In this document: one piece after another, positions 49,862-64,000 of the stretch
How the letters are laid out: each line of letters starts with the position of its first letter
How positions within the stretch are numbered: the stretch's first letter is position 1
Origin: Adineta vaga
Lineage: Eukaryota > Animalia > Rotifera
DNA: 64,000 bases
Direction of reading: 5' to 3'
Assembly: GCA_021613535.1 (NCBI GenBank)
Contig: CP075497.1
Location: 7,998,001-8,062,000, forward strand
Program-made: the position numbers and the translations under genes
The notes under the pieces: generated by a model
The model's database searches: none
Seen by the model: the letters and a program-made list of their open reading frames with translations, nothing else
What the model was told of the DNA's origin: nothing

Positions 49862-52800
49862 GTATACGTTTCAACTGAAATAGACGTCAAAAGGAAAATT
49901 ATATATTGTCGTTGTCGAATACAAGCATGATATAATCGATAACTATGCTACTATTTTTTCAATATCAATATTAAAGAAAACAACAACGACAACATCTGAT
50001 GTTGTACTATGAAGGTTTAATTCAATTTCGAATTTTTTCTAATTGATTTCAAAGAAATTTACAACATATTGACAAAACATATATCAACAACTTACCAGTC
50101 ATAAACGTTCTACTCTCTAAAATAGGAAAATGTAAAAGCTCATTATCACATTAATATCAAATCAGAAGAAAAAAATAAAGATTATGGCGAAGTAAAATTT
50201 ATGTCAAAACCTGTTCTTATTCATAAATAGATGTACCTTAGTAACATTGTCAAAGACATACTTATATCACTTCGAATCTGCTGGAGAAACTCAAAGTACT
50301 AAATGAATATTGATATTGCCTTCATAGTTATAACTATGTTCAATATTCGACCTTCAATTTGAATATGTATCATTTCGGGTAGAAGGAAAAATACGCTTGC
50401 AAACGAATCGAAATTATACTGGTTGAGAAACGTATATCTGATAGATATTTTAGCCGTTGTATATATTTATAGAAACTATCGCATACGTAATTTATTCACA
50501 TCAATTTATTAATTTCATCGAAATCATCGAAACGTAAAAGTGCATTGTCATCTAAGAAGATTGTTTTTCTTCCGCTTATGTCGAAAACTAATGGCAATAT
50601 TTGTAAAAATCTAACTTTATATTAGAATCGAATATCCCTCGAATAGGAAACCTAGATAACAGGATTTATATGAAAACTTTATGTTGCGATCTACATCACA
50701 ATAATAAGTCGCATCCTATCAATTTTGTTATCTAATTGATTCATTAAACAACGCAAATGATTAGTTACGAATGTTTTTCTTCCTTTGACCTGATATAATT
50801 ATCTAATGAACAAACGTCTTCATTTCCTCGATATGAAAATAGATTTCGAAATATGAACGCGTTCAGTAGCATACTTCACGGTCAAATGCTTATGTTTAAA
50901 TAAAAAATCCTTCTTTCTCTTTCTCTCTATTTATCTTCTGATGCATAATGTTGAACTAATTTCTTTTTCGAATAAAATTGCTCACAAAGATATTCAATTG
51001 AAAAAGACGCTTAATACTCATTCTATGTGAACCTGTTCTAATGAGCAGCTGTACTCATTGAAACTTCTGTATGACACGATAGAATCCACCTATAATCAAC
51101 TCTTTTTTTTGGCACAGAAAAATGCTTTATATCCGATTAAAAATTCATCATGTAGAGCATGACTATATGTAAGTCGATTATTCAAGACAATCATTTGTCA
51201 ATGTCAATCAATTTTAGAACACTTATTTAACTATTATAATTTGAACAAGATTCTCCGCACATTTTCATTAATTTAGAAAGAAAAATTTCATTTACTTAGA
51301 TCAGCATATACTTACAATTTTGTCGTCAAAATAAATCTGTTATTTCTTGCTGCCAAAAACAAGCTGAAATGAAAGCCAATGAATAAACGTTTGAATGTCA
51401 AAAATATCAAGAAAAAAATCTTGAATTATTGAATATTTTGTAGCACGCACTAGTAATATGGATCTAAGAATAAAAGAATAAATATTTAAATATCTGATTC
51501 TACCAACTTGGTTATCTTGAACTTATTCAAATAAAGACTACAAAGTATCCGACAAAACTAAATAAATTATAAGAAAAAAGTACTTTTCTTCAGATGCAAC
51601 CTAACTACTGTAATTATACATAGAACGATATTTTTTCTTTTCGTCTAAAACAATAATAAACTATTAAAAAGTTTCAGTGCGGAAGAGACTGACAGATGCA
51701 ACTGAATTTAAAACACATTTAAAAGACGAGAGAATATGATGTAGGTGTTAAACGGAAAACAACTAACGTCATCAATTTAGTAAAGAAACTCTTTTAGGAG
51801 AATATAAATTCCTATCTAAGAGCATAATCGTTTGAAATCTATCAAATCAAATAGTTCTAAAGTGATTTTTAGTTCAGTGATACTTGAATTATTTTCGCAA
51901 AACAGATAACTTGTTTCTAAATGTCAATTTGGTGCTTAAATTCATCATTTACTAAAACTGATTTTTTAATTTTTGAAAGAACCACTCAAGAAAATCAGTT
52001 TTTTTTTGGAAAATAAAAATTCAGTTTGAATGGAAAGGAAGCTTTTAGTGAATTTCTTTTGACAGGTATATTCTAGAAAATACTTCTGTGGGTCACAATG
52101 CAAATTGATGCTTTCATAAAAAAAAGTCATTTGCAGTAAGTTATACTCTCTACTGTATAACCTGTACTAACATCGTACTAAGTGCCTTTTATATTTTTAT
52201 GTTCTCTTTCTGAACATTCATAGTCAAGAACTCTTTATGAATAGATTCGATCATATCACATTAGAAAGTATCTGTAAAAACTTCTTCGTCGAGATAAAGA
52301 GTATTTGTATTTCATTCTGACTTAATTATGAAATAGGTACATATTCATTAGAGAAAAGTTACAAATTTCGCACTAAAATCTAACGAAAACATCTGCTATC
52401 TTCCGCTATTTTGTCTATACGAAAACTGAAATTGGATGTTCTATAGAGAAGATCGATTTCTATTTTATAATTGTCTGTATATAATCTATTGTTAACGGAA
52501 AATTACCTTATTATTTGTTCTTTTCAACTATCGTTTAGTATTTACTTAGAGTTCTATCATAATATTATCTAAATCGAGATTGTTGTAGAGGATAATTTTT
52601 TTTCGAATATTTCACATCGACAAGACTTTTGAAATACGCGTTTACACACATAGTCGGAAATCACGACTACGAGCTGAAAAATTCTATTAGAATTTTGTCG
52701 TAAATCTGATTATGCTAATGCCTAATATAAGAAATTAAATGAAAGACATAACGCAATTAAGTAGATAATTTTATTGTTGTTTAACAAAAAGATGAAATCA

Positions 52801-54007
52801 TGAAAAACGTAATATATGTCATTTTCTTTGATCTTTATTTCAAGGATAATAACCAAAGTTTCTAGGGAATTGCATGTTTCATATGAAAACAATCCGACAA
52901 TCTATAATAACTTCGATATTTACCTGTTCTCAAAAATGTTCCATTGTTAATAATGTCTGTTATAAAGTAGTGACAATATACTGAAGAAATTTCGAAATAA
53001 AAAAACTTTATTAATATAAACGTATAAATGATGAATATTTGTATGACTTTATAGAGTGTAAAAGTTGGTAGCTATGATGTGTTTTTCTTCTACATTTGAT
53101 GAAAGCTTTTGAAAGAAATCCATTATGAATAGATTCTATAAGCATAATAGCTCGTTCTATATTTTGATTCAGTTAAATGATTATCTACTAGACTAAATGT
53201 ATCAAATAAAAGATAAAGCTGTTAACGATTTCAATCAGGAAACAATGACGTCAAAAAAGACTTTCTTTAGCCATTGTTTTTTTCTAACGATATATTCTCT
53301 TTTATATATGTATACAATGACAAACCGATTAGCCTCTCCCTTTTCTTCTGCTTTGTGTTATTACAGTTTGTTTATTTCATTGATGGATTACATCTTCTAA
53401 GAAAAGATAAAAACATCAGATGATACATTGACTTTGACAACTACAGAACAGATTTCCTACGAAGTATTTAAAACAATTTGAAAAGATTGTTAACTTTGTT
53501 CAAGTTTAGTATAGTATATAACAGAATGAAAATAGACATGGAAGGAAACAATTTAACGTCATATTATCGACAAGTATCTGTATGAAAGCAGGTCAAATCA
53601 TTCTTTTTAAGAAAGTTCCTCAATTAAAATATGATTTGTTGACATTTCCTAATAAACATTCTAACACATAAGTTTTATTATTGCCTTTCCAAGGATCGTA
53701 TTTAATTGTACGATTCCTTTGAATCTATGTTGATCATTATAATTACTGAAAGCTACTTAAAAAGTTGTTTTTTCAATTTAAATATTTGTCTTAATAAATC
53801 TTTAAATATATATATCTTGCGATTGTTTTATTATAATGATGTTTTGAAGTGCACCGTATTACAAATATAAAAAAAATGATGTGAGTGTATAAGAGCAAAA
53901 GAAATGAAAAAAGGTGAACGAGCTAAATCTAGAAAAGTAATGATTAGTAGAATTGACGTTCTTTTTCATTACATTGTCAAAAACGAAATTATTTTTTTTT
54001 TATTATT

Positions 54008-55416
54008 TTAATCTCGTTTTTTAACTTCAAGTCCTTTTACTTGTCCATCATTATTTAGTTCTTTTTTTGTACTGATCATTGCTGTTGTTGCTGTAAGTGG
54101 TGTAAGAGCAGCTGGGATCACTGTTACTTGCTGCTGAGCTGAAGTATTGATTGCACCTGATGTTGTTGAAGCTGCAGTTGCTCTTCGATATGCATCCGAC
54201 TAAATCGAAAAACGTGAAGAAATTCAATGAAATATTCATACAATCTATTTACCACTGTTTCTGACCAACTATTAAATAAAATACCGGATGAAATATTTTC
54301 GAATGGCATTAATGGATCATACTGTTTGAAGAATATCGTAACAACGCGTACGTAAATGAACATTGAAGCAACACATAAATAAACTAATTCACGTTCAAAT
54401 TGAATGATTTGAACATGTTCTAATACGAAGATTATTGCAGAAATAAAACTTGCTTTTGTTGCACTAAAACAAAGATAAATTCTTCGAATTTTTGATCGAA
54501 TAGATGTTTTTATTACTACTACTAGTATTGAAATAATACTATGTATTACACTTTTCTTTTACACTGATTTATTCCTTTCACTATGACCTTATCATTTTCT
54601 GAAGTTCGAATAATTTTATTATTATAATTCTTAATGTTTATCAGATATTGTTTGCAATTCTATTGGTTTGTTTGATGTACTTTCTCAATCAGTAACGTAT
54701 GATTAAATAATTGAATTAGTCGAAAATATAATTTAATCAAATACTTACAAAGATGGAAAAAGAAATTCTGTTTGTGTAGGTAACCAAACACCTCGAAAAA
54801 ATCGATCGATTGAAGACATTAATGATCCTCCACAACCTAAATTCATCAATAGAATAATTGCGAAATATTTGTTTTTCTCTCTTACCTTTAATAGCTCCAA
54901 TTAGGACAACAATGAGATATCCATCGGGATAAATAGCTAATGTTGAATGAACTCCTTCGAAAACTTTTTTTGTTCGTTGTATTTCTTTTGCAACACCGAC
55001 AAGAATTCGAATTGGTACAAATCGTAATAAACGTGCTACAAGATCCAATGGTGAATAAAAGACAAGATACCAACAAACAGTAGCAAGTAACAGATGCTGA
55101 TGATGTACAAAATCTTTTATTGGACTTTCACCAAGTAGAAAATTTGATAAAATTGAACCAGAAAAACATACTAACATTGTCGATAACCAACATGATAAAG
55201 GATGACGACGTGTAAAATTTTGAGTACCTAAATAAGCATTTCCAAAATTCTTAATTGGTTGTAAATAAGATTCGTTGAATGTTTACCTGATTGATGTTGT
55301 TGTATGTCATCGCGAACTTGTAAGGCTGTTAGTAGATAATGACAAGTATCGAAAACAGGATACATTCGTAAATGCGCCAACTGAGAACCAACATCGATTA
55401 AGACTTCTTTATTCAT
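54008..55416 (-). CDS. Trimeric intracellular cation channel (TRIC/TMEM38)
   Basis: LRMYPVFDTCHY, FTRRHPLSCWLSTMLVCFSGSILSNFLLGESPI, WYLVFYSPLD, KEIQRTKKVFEGV and IGAIKG. Confidence 0.93.
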
Positions 55417-56426
55417 TTTGAATTCTTTTGTACACGTGTCACCGGCTCATGTAATTACGAAGAGAAAATGAAAAGAAAAATCAACTTATATCTAAAAACA
55501 AATGAACGATATATTATTAATGAACTAATAGGAAAAGAAAGTAATCGACAACTGTTCACTTTAATTATCGAAATCATTTGGGAAAAGTTGACTGTGCCTA
55601 GACAAGAATGTTAATGACCATATGTTTTAATATTACAACAGGGAAAGAGATAATCATTTCGAGGAAATAACGTATTGAAATACACATAGATGTTTTTCTT
55701 AGAACGGCATAAAATGATTGTAGATGATGGCGAGGGTGAAACGCAATGGAAATGTTTGAGTAAAGACTATTGATTTAGCTTCCTTTATATGCAAGATAGA
55801 TTGTCAAAGTCGTTGTTTTCTCGTTGAGGAAAAAGTAGTCGTTGAATATTCGGCTAAAATTTCTCTACACGCCTGGCTAAAAGTCATCCATGCGTTTACC
55901 GAATATGAACAAATAATTTGTCAGTTCTGTCCTTGTTTCAGCAGCACAAAACTGAGAGGTGTCTATTGGTTATCATCGTTGCATTTCCTGACGTATGTTA
56001 GTAGCTACCATCATTATCTTTCTTCTGCCTGAGTACAGTGATCATTGGTATTGTATAAAGAAAAGAAGAAGAAAAAGAAAAAGAAACGCCGAGACAGACA
56101 AAATGAAGAAATAAACAGAAGATGAAGGAAGGAAAGAATTTTCTTCGTATACTTATATTGCCGTTGTTGGTGATAAAAGAAAAAAAAACCACAGAAAAAC
56201 AACAAGATGATATATATGTGTATAACGAGAGAATTATTGTGGCTTCGATAAATGGTAAGCAGAAAGACAGAGTGACAAGAAACACAGATGCACAATCAAT
56301 GAATACATATACATATATATAGAACCGGAAGGCATTACAATAGAAAGGACAAAAAAAAAACGAAGCATCTCATATTACTCAATAACTGTCCATAGAGAAG
56401 AACATCTCGAGTTTTTCTTTTACTTT

Positions 56427-59400
56427 TCAAAGAAGATATTTTTTATTCATAAATGAATTGATACTTGGAAGTGTATTTGTTTCAATTAGATCATCATCAT
56501 AATGAAAGATAGTTGTTGCTGGAGGTGAGATAATATCTTCTTGTTTAAATAATGAATTCGTTAAATTTATTGAATTACTTATCGATGGAAGTACACTTCG
56601 CATTTGATATGTTAAAACATCAACATTGATATCCTGTAAATCTTGTGGATGACGTTTGAAAGTTGTTGATGAGTCAGACTATAATAATGGATTGTTAATC
56701 GTTTTTGTTTTTTCGATAGAGAATTTCTTACGATTGTTGTTGGTTCAATTAAAGAATTGGATTCTGATTGTTGAACAACAATTTCATCAGTTTTGGATTG
56801 TTGTAGTTTCTTGGGTGGTCGTCCAACAGGTCGTTTTAGACCATTCGGAACTACCGATGAATTCCGGCGACGTGTTGTTTTATTCATTGATGATGTATTC
56901 GAACTATCGTCATTTGATGACCATGTTTGATGACAATTATATGAAACAAGATTTGATGAATCTGAACAACAAAAGACACAAATTAATTGGAAAGAGATCG
57001 CATTTATAAGAATATGACCATATGTAAGTGATGGGTCATGTGGTGTAAATTGTAGATAACTAGAATCTGTTATTTGTGGCATGAAATCCATCGATGATGA
57101 TGTATTACCAACTTGAAAAGAAAACGAAAATAACAATAATAATTAATGATGAATGTGAACAAAACAGGATATGTTTACATCCAATAGATGGAACAAGAAT
57201 ACTTTTACGTTGATTATCAATGTCATTTTGTTTTGAATATTTTCGTTTTTCTATAGGAAAATAATGATTGGATATACATAGCAAATGTCATATCTATATT
57301 ACTTGATTCAGGAGTATAGAATGGTGAATGTTGTGTATATAATGAATTTTCACTACTAGTTGGATGTTGAACATCATCATTCGAATTCGGATTTACTATA
57401 AAACGATCTTCAGCTGAATTATTTAATTAAACAAAAAAGGTAAAGACACAAGATTTCTATAGTTTAAATTTCCTTAGAATAAAATTATACATATCAAACT
57501 ACTTATTCATCGTTTAATTTACAATTTGATATTCATCGAAATAGATATGTTTAAGTCAACTGTATCTCGTTTTACACTCACCTCCTCCAACCGTATTCGA
57601 ATAAACACCTGTAACTGTAACACCTGAACTACTTCGACCATTTATATCTAATGCACTTTTAAGACCAAGTAAACCATTTCGTGGATCAAATCTTGGGATT
57701 GTACAATTTAGAAAAAGATTTCGTTTGAAATGATCAAATAATGAATGTTTAGAATTTGATTTTGTATTTTCTGAATTAATAAAATCAACGACATCTTCAA
57801 AAACAAAGACAAAAATCGTTTTATATGAACTTTTTTTTTTCTTCCTTATCATACTTTCAGCATGATGAATAATTTCTGTTCGAGGTCCAATATATTGAAA
57901 AGCAGGTCGAGGACCACGATAATTTGGATCCGTTACTTTTGTTATTAAATTGATTGTTGATAAAACATTCGCAATATCATATAATCGTCGAACTTTTGCT
58001 GAAAAAATCGAAAGAAAAATGACTCTATGAATGAAATCAAATTCGAATAACAAATAAATATGCAAAAATGTAATCGAAATTAGTCAAGAATTACTCTTAT
58101 AACGTCCGAATTCAGTTATTTCATTTTTTGAATCACCCAATAAAACTTTAGCCGCAAAGATAATATTGACAATACGATCCTTTTTTTTGTATGATTAGAA
58201 AACATTTTTTATCAACGAAATAAAGACAACAAAATCTCATTTTAGTCAAATTACTTACATCGGATGTAAGAAAAAGCATGAGAAATTTTTGTGCCATTAT
58301 TCCAAGTGCTTTTTCTTCACGTGCAACTAATAACAAAAGAAGCAGAATATATAAATTGTTAGAAGTAGATAACGTTATTTACCTTCATCATTTTCTGACG
58401 ATGAAACATTTTTACCAGTAGAAACGATTTGAATACATTTAAGTGCTTCATTTTGAGTTCCTTGACCTGTATTTAATTGACCAGAAAGAACCATTTGATC
58501 GATTTGTTCACGAATTGAACGAGCAAATTCAACAAAACCAGATTTATATGCTAATGTCTAAAGACAGGAAGTCATCAATTTAGAAAAACTCTACGATAAA
58601 ATCTGAGCAGGAGAAAGTTTCTATGAGTAGAGATATTCAATAATCGATAAAAGAGGAATGTTCACTTTTCAGCAAATTGATACATTGTTGAATGTAAATA
58701 AGATCTAAAGTTCTAATTTTCTAACCTTAAGTTTTGATAATGTGTGACCTAGATTACCAAGTCCATGCCATTGATATTGATTTTTTGCAATACGACTCAT
58801 TGTTTCAACTGATTCAAGTACATTAACAATATCATAGATACGTCTTCGTTTTGTTTCTAAATATTTTCTATATAACATTTTCGTTAATATACATCATAAT
58901 CTTACCAAGTACTCGAGCCATTTTATCCAAACAGATAACAATCATTTCACCCTGTGCATATCGATAGTGAAACGAAAGGATATTTTTAATAAGAAACTCA
59001 ATTTTTCAAAAGAATATAATTGCAAACAAGAAAATTCTACTTACAGGATGAACGTTTGGTGGATACATTGAAATAAATCTAGACGAAATGTACACGACAA
59101 AAAAACATTCTGATATTGAATGCAGTCATTTAATCCTACCTCTGACAGAGTAAACCAAGTGATTTATCTTTTCTTGATTGACCATTATGATTATTATTGA
59201 TTGATTTAGTTGTTGTATCTTGTATGGATGAATTAGAATTATCGATATCACTTGTCGATAGATGATAACTCGTAGTTGATTGATGATCGTATGGTGATGA
59301 ATTAGCTGGTAAATAATAACCAGTTGGTGTAATGATTTGATTATGTTGCCAGAATTGATTATGATCTATGATTGGATCAAATATTGGATGAGATAATGAT

Positions 59401-59799
59401 GAGGAATCAATCAATGAACAACTATTAACAATATTATCTTCATTTTTTATTTGCATTGTATCATTTACATCTAATAAAGAAAAAACTAGAATGAATTTTT
59501 GATCAGATCACATATGTACCAGTCGATTTTCTCCCATCAATACTTTGTGTAATTGTAATTTCTTGTTCAGGCTCACTAATGGTTTTCTTCATACGTTTTT
59601 TTCGTTCTTTTTTCATTGATATTGTTTGTTGTTGGTGTCGTGCTTGATTAACAGCGGATTCAGCATTTGAACTACGAAGTTTTCGTCTATGAGATAGATC
59701 TTCTCGTTGTTGTTTCTTAGTCGATTTTTTTATCAATGAATTTGTTGTTGTTCGTGACGAACGTCGATGATTACCATTTCCAGTTGGATTCACAATCAT
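56427..59799 (-). CDS. Atypical E2F (E2F7/E2F8) with two DNA-binding domains
   Basis: DBD1: [39 protein letters not shown]2: [44 protein letters not shown]. Confidence 0.93.
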
Positions 59800-59913
59800 T
59801 GATACGCTAAAATCTGGAAAAAGAGTTCGTTTATTTTTCTTTTAAAATCTATTCATGTCTTTATTTTTTCTTCTTTTATTGTTAGTTTTTTATTTATCGT
59901 TTTGTAAAAAGAT

Positions 59914-59980
59914 CGGCGCCACGCAAGGAGAAAATATTGATTGATTGGCGCATTCATCAGTCTATCTGATCCCCGCCAAA
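59914..59980. promoter_or_regulatory. Cluster of E2F-like sites upstream of E2F7/8
   Basis: CGGCGCCA (59914-59921), ATTGGCGC (59944-59951) and CCCCGCCAAA (59971-59980; reverse complement TTTGGCGGGG) in otherwise very AT-rich DNA. Confidence 0.6.
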
Positions 59981-60646
59981 CAAACTTACCAGATGATGTT
60001 TTGAATATTGATGAAAATATATTGTCAATACGAAACAATCAATTTTGAAGACGAAATAATACGACGTGATCGTGCACAACGCAAATACTGAACAATTGGC
60101 TAATGAATAATGATACACACAGTCAGTAATCAGACTATTGTCTCATTAACTGATCAAGGCAATAGCACGTGTACAGAAAGAGAAGAAGAGAAAATGAATA
60201 AGAACAAGTTGATTATTAGATTGAATAGAAAGGAATGTTACGAAAATATTTTTCGTTTCCTTTCGTGCTTGACAACAGAAAAGAAAGAAAAATTATAATA
60301 TAATTCAGCATAAATATATGATAAGATAGTTTATGAAAACAATACTAAATTGTAGTTTTAGTATCTCAATGATGATTTTTCTAACAAAATATAACCACGT
60401 GTATAATAGCACATGGTCTTTGTCAGTTAATAAAAAATTGTCTGCTTTTTTGAATTCGAAATTAGATATTTCTGTATGATCATTAGCTGTTGAAAATTTA
60501 GAAAAAACAAAAGAAAAGAAACGTTTTCTTCGATTGATCGGGTGATCTTTGTTTTATGAAAGAAAAGGGACAGATAAAGATCATTTAAATTCTACAAAAA
60601 GAAAAGGATCAAGGAGAAAAAAGCTTTTAAAATGAATTCATTAGAG

Positions 60647-61253
60647 TTAACTTTTAGCTGCTGTTATATTTTGTGTTGTTGAGGATGAAGATGGTTTCCA
60701 ACTTTGTATTTTAGGTGGAACTGTTGAATATGGGACATAAATTTGACTTGTTCCAGTTTTATTTTCAATATGATCAATCATCCATGAGTGTTTTTTTAAT
60801 GGTTTTATTGTTGGTGGTTCATCAGTAATATATTGTAACCAACGATGCCTAAACAATCCGAAATTACAATGATAAATAATGCAATTGGTGAAATGATTAC
60901 CATTCAGGTGGAACTTGACTTGCATCGTAATCGAGACCTACGCGATCAGCATATTTAACCCAACGACTACGACCTAAACAATCAATTTTATATGCAAATA
61001 AAAGGAAATTTTCTAAATCTTACAAACAAAATAACGAGTATTTTGATAATAACGATTTCCATATTTATCGGCGCCAATGAACTGTCCCACTTTTAAATCG
61101 TCATAACTAATTAAATAGTAAATTATAACAAAATGATATGAAATCGAAGAAAAATCTTTACCGATAAAGTGCTAAGATCGTATTTTTAAGTCCGCCATAA
61201 TGACGTGTAATTTTAAACCATTGTCGAACTTTTTCTAAAATTCCGTCTGCCAT
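60647..61253 (-). CDS. NDUFA12: NADH dehydrogenase 1 alpha subcomplex subunit 12
   Basis: [51 protein letters not shown] and YVPYSTVPPKIQSWKP. Confidence 0.95.
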
Positions 61254-61394
61254 TATCTACAAGAAATCTACACATAAGCACAAAAAAAATAGAACAAAAA
61301 ACGGAAGCATTTCGTTTCATTCATTCATTCATTAATCATAGAAAAAGTTATCTAAATATATATATATGTATAAATATTGAAACAAAAAACAAAA

Positions 61395-64000
61395 TTATTT
61401 GGGAATGATAGCTGTTTTTTCCAGGTCATCTGCTAATTTATCAATTGCGCTTTCATCTAAAGAAATGTACATTTAGACAATACATATTTTTTCATTTTTT
61501 TGTAAACAATTTACCTGGATTAGGAATGGTAAATAAGGATGTCCAGAATGGTCGATGAATTTCTTTAATCATTTGAATAGTTCGAACAGATCTTTAGAGA
61601 GAAAGACAGACAGACATTATTCAAACTAATTTTGTCTTTTTATCGAAAGTAACATACACAGCAGCTTGTGGATATTTCGCTGCATTTTCTGAACAACGAA
61701 TCGGCGTATCACCAAGAAGTGCAGCTACACAAGCTGAACCACAAATATTCAATTGATGTAAGCAATAACCTCCCTAAATTAAGATGATTTTCTTTCTTAA
61801 TTAAATCATTCAGATTTGAATACGAACTTCGAGTACTTCCAAAACACGACCATTTGCTAATGAAAGTAACATATGAGTCATTTGAGAATAGGCACAAGCT
61901 GATAGTTTTCCCCAACCCTATGATATTTCAGAAGATTAATTTCATATTAAAATGTATGAGGAAATCTTACAATTCGATCACCTTCAGCTGCATCAAAGCC
62001 GGCACAAACTAATACAAATTCAGGATTGTACTAAAAGTATTCAAAGAATTATTTTCTTAAAATATCAAAAATAAATTCTTGATTTACTTCATAAGCAACT
62101 GGTAAAATAACATGATGAAAAGCATTTATATAATCTGCATCAACAGCTGGTGGATCCTATCGGAAAAAACATTTCTCAATGAACAGTTTTCTTTTTCAAT
62201 AATATCTCAACTTACAAAATTCAACCATCCAATATTAATATTGAATCCCAATCCTTTGTCTTTACCGCTATCATTTGGATGACCTTCATTGGGTGGAAAA
62301 GCATCAGCACAATGTAATGAAATATAAAGCACTCTGAAGAAAATACTAAAATCAAGTTGGCTCGATTAAAATAACAATCTTACCCTGGATCTTCATAAAA
62401 AACATCCTAAAGATAAAATTAAATATTCATCATCAAAATCATCAATGATGAGATACTACAATTCTGTACGAAAAATAGCGCTCGTTCTGAACAGATGAGA
62501 CAACTCATATGGTTGAAAGGACGAATTACGTTTTCCTACATCTCTGCTTTCGAAATTTGCTATAGTCTTAATGTGAATGAAATGCAAAACAAAATGTTTA
62601 CCTTCACTCCATCACCCATATGATAATCAAAGTCAACAATTAAAATTCTGTAAAGAAAAGCGATGTTAAAAATAAAATTTAAACGAAATATTCGTACCGA
62701 CGAAGATTATAATTTTTTTGTAAATATCTTGCACAAATTGCAACATTATTAAAATAACAAAAACCATAATCCATGCCTGAATGTGCATGATGGCCAGGTG
62801 GACGAATAATAGCAAAACCATTTCGTCCCTAAATATACAAATTAACTTTAAAAACAAACAAAATCAATTGAAATATACTATACTTGATCATTCATTATTG
62901 CATCCACCATATTTAAACAAGAACCAGCAGCAAGAAGAGCATTATCAAACACATCCTAATCAATTGAATAACAGGATATTTTCAAAAAGAATAAAAGATA
63001 AGAATATGTGTTAATTACATTTGTGTATTCAACAGAACGTAGTATTCCTTCTCGACTTTGTAATTGTTTTCTAGTTGCTGTTTTCGTCGTTTCCAGATCA
63101 TCATAAAAATCTTTACCATGAACAAGTATTACTTCTTCTCTAGTTGCCATACGACTAGGAATCATTGTACAACGTTTATCAAGACCACGACTTTTCAAAC
63201 CTTTCCATATGGCTACAATTCGACCAGGTCGTTCACAATGATTACTAAAAATAGCATTACAAAAGAAAATATTTCTCCAATTCAATACCTGTTAAAAAAT
63301 TTTTTTTTAATTACCTCACAGTAAATTTTCGCATTAATTCATCATAAACAAGAAGTGTTGCTCTAAAGATTACAAGAGAATATTCCATACAATTCGATTG
63401 GATTTCCAATTTACCCTCTTTCTAATGGTTTTACGTGTGGTGCTATTTCTAATGCACGTTTTATATTTTTCTCAATTTGTTTTGCCTGCTCTTCCGTTCG
63501 TTGTATGACAAGTGTTGGAGTTAAATCGTATTTTGGTGGCCGATTATCATTATTAGCTAATGGATTTAATGCTCTAAAACACATTGCGTTTATTAACGAA
63601 GTGAAATTGAAGAAAAACGCGATTAAACGAACTGTTTTCGTTTTGCTTCTTTGATCCAAACTTCACTTTCTTCCGTTAAATCAACTTTTAATGATTGCCA
63701 ATAATCTTTTAATACATGTTTACAACATGCCACCGTTTTCTTCACACTTTACAGGAAAAAAGAAAACAAATTTCAATTAAAGAAATAACTTGTATTGATA
63801 TTTCATACATCGGATCAGGATTTGTACATGCTTGCAATGGAGAACATGGATCACCAAGTAATGATCGTAATGTCCATGTTGCACTTTCGGCTAATGTATC
63901 AAGACAATAGCCACCCTAATACAAAGAAATCTTGAACATTTTAATCTTTAAATAAAAATCTTACTTCGAGAAGCACCATTACTCTCCCATTAGCTAAACC
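61395..64000 (-). CDS. Class IIb histone deacetylase (HDAC6/10-like), 5' part off the window
   Basis: End of domain 1 ([18 protein letters not shown]). Complete domain 2: [52 protein letters not shown]. Stop after KTAIIPK. Confidence 0.92.

Noticed and set aside
49862-54007. 4-kb gene-free region as a transposon remnant or GATA-regulated nitrogen promoter
   Set aside because: I found no credible ORF, terminal inverted repeat or target-site duplication by eye, and GATAA words are expected by chance at this AT content.
54051-54239. Alternative Cys-rich or Gln-rich ORFs overlapping the TRIC last exon
   Set aside because: Splice phase selects the SDAYRRATAAS...KKRD frame. The other frames are open only because of CAG/CAA-rich low-complexity sequence.

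Overview
This is AT-rich, gene-dense eukaryotic (animal) DNA with many short (~50-60 nt) GT-AG introns. The gene content (innexin, ciliary genes, a fungal-type transporter) and compact architecture fit a bdelloid rotifer best, which is an inference rather than a proven assignment. About 25 protein-coding genes and one tRNA-Ile(AAT) are recognisable: AHI1, C16orf89-like, a 4-TM orphan, innexin, BBS1, CEP152-like, ELOVL, CEP112, a death-domain orphan, two tandem K2P channels, RPL37A, a Pmp3/RCI2 proteolipid missed by the ORF track, an acidic orphan, an NMU/PRXamide-type GPCR, an EGF-like type I membrane protein, EFR3, a divergent GPCR nested antisense in EFR3, a fungal-like Mep/Amt ammonium transporter, TRIC/TMEM38, E2F7/8, NDUFA12 and a class IIb HDAC. 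The most striking object is an intronless secreted polyprotein at 27364-28536. It has five Gly-Lys-Arg processing/amidation sites that would release ~38-47 aa cysteine-free, non-cationic amphipathic peptides. It sits antisense inside the intron that splits the selectivity-filter codon of a degenerate K2P channel. CDS coordinates are outer bounds of spliced models read by eye, and homology calls come from remembered motifs, not database searches.
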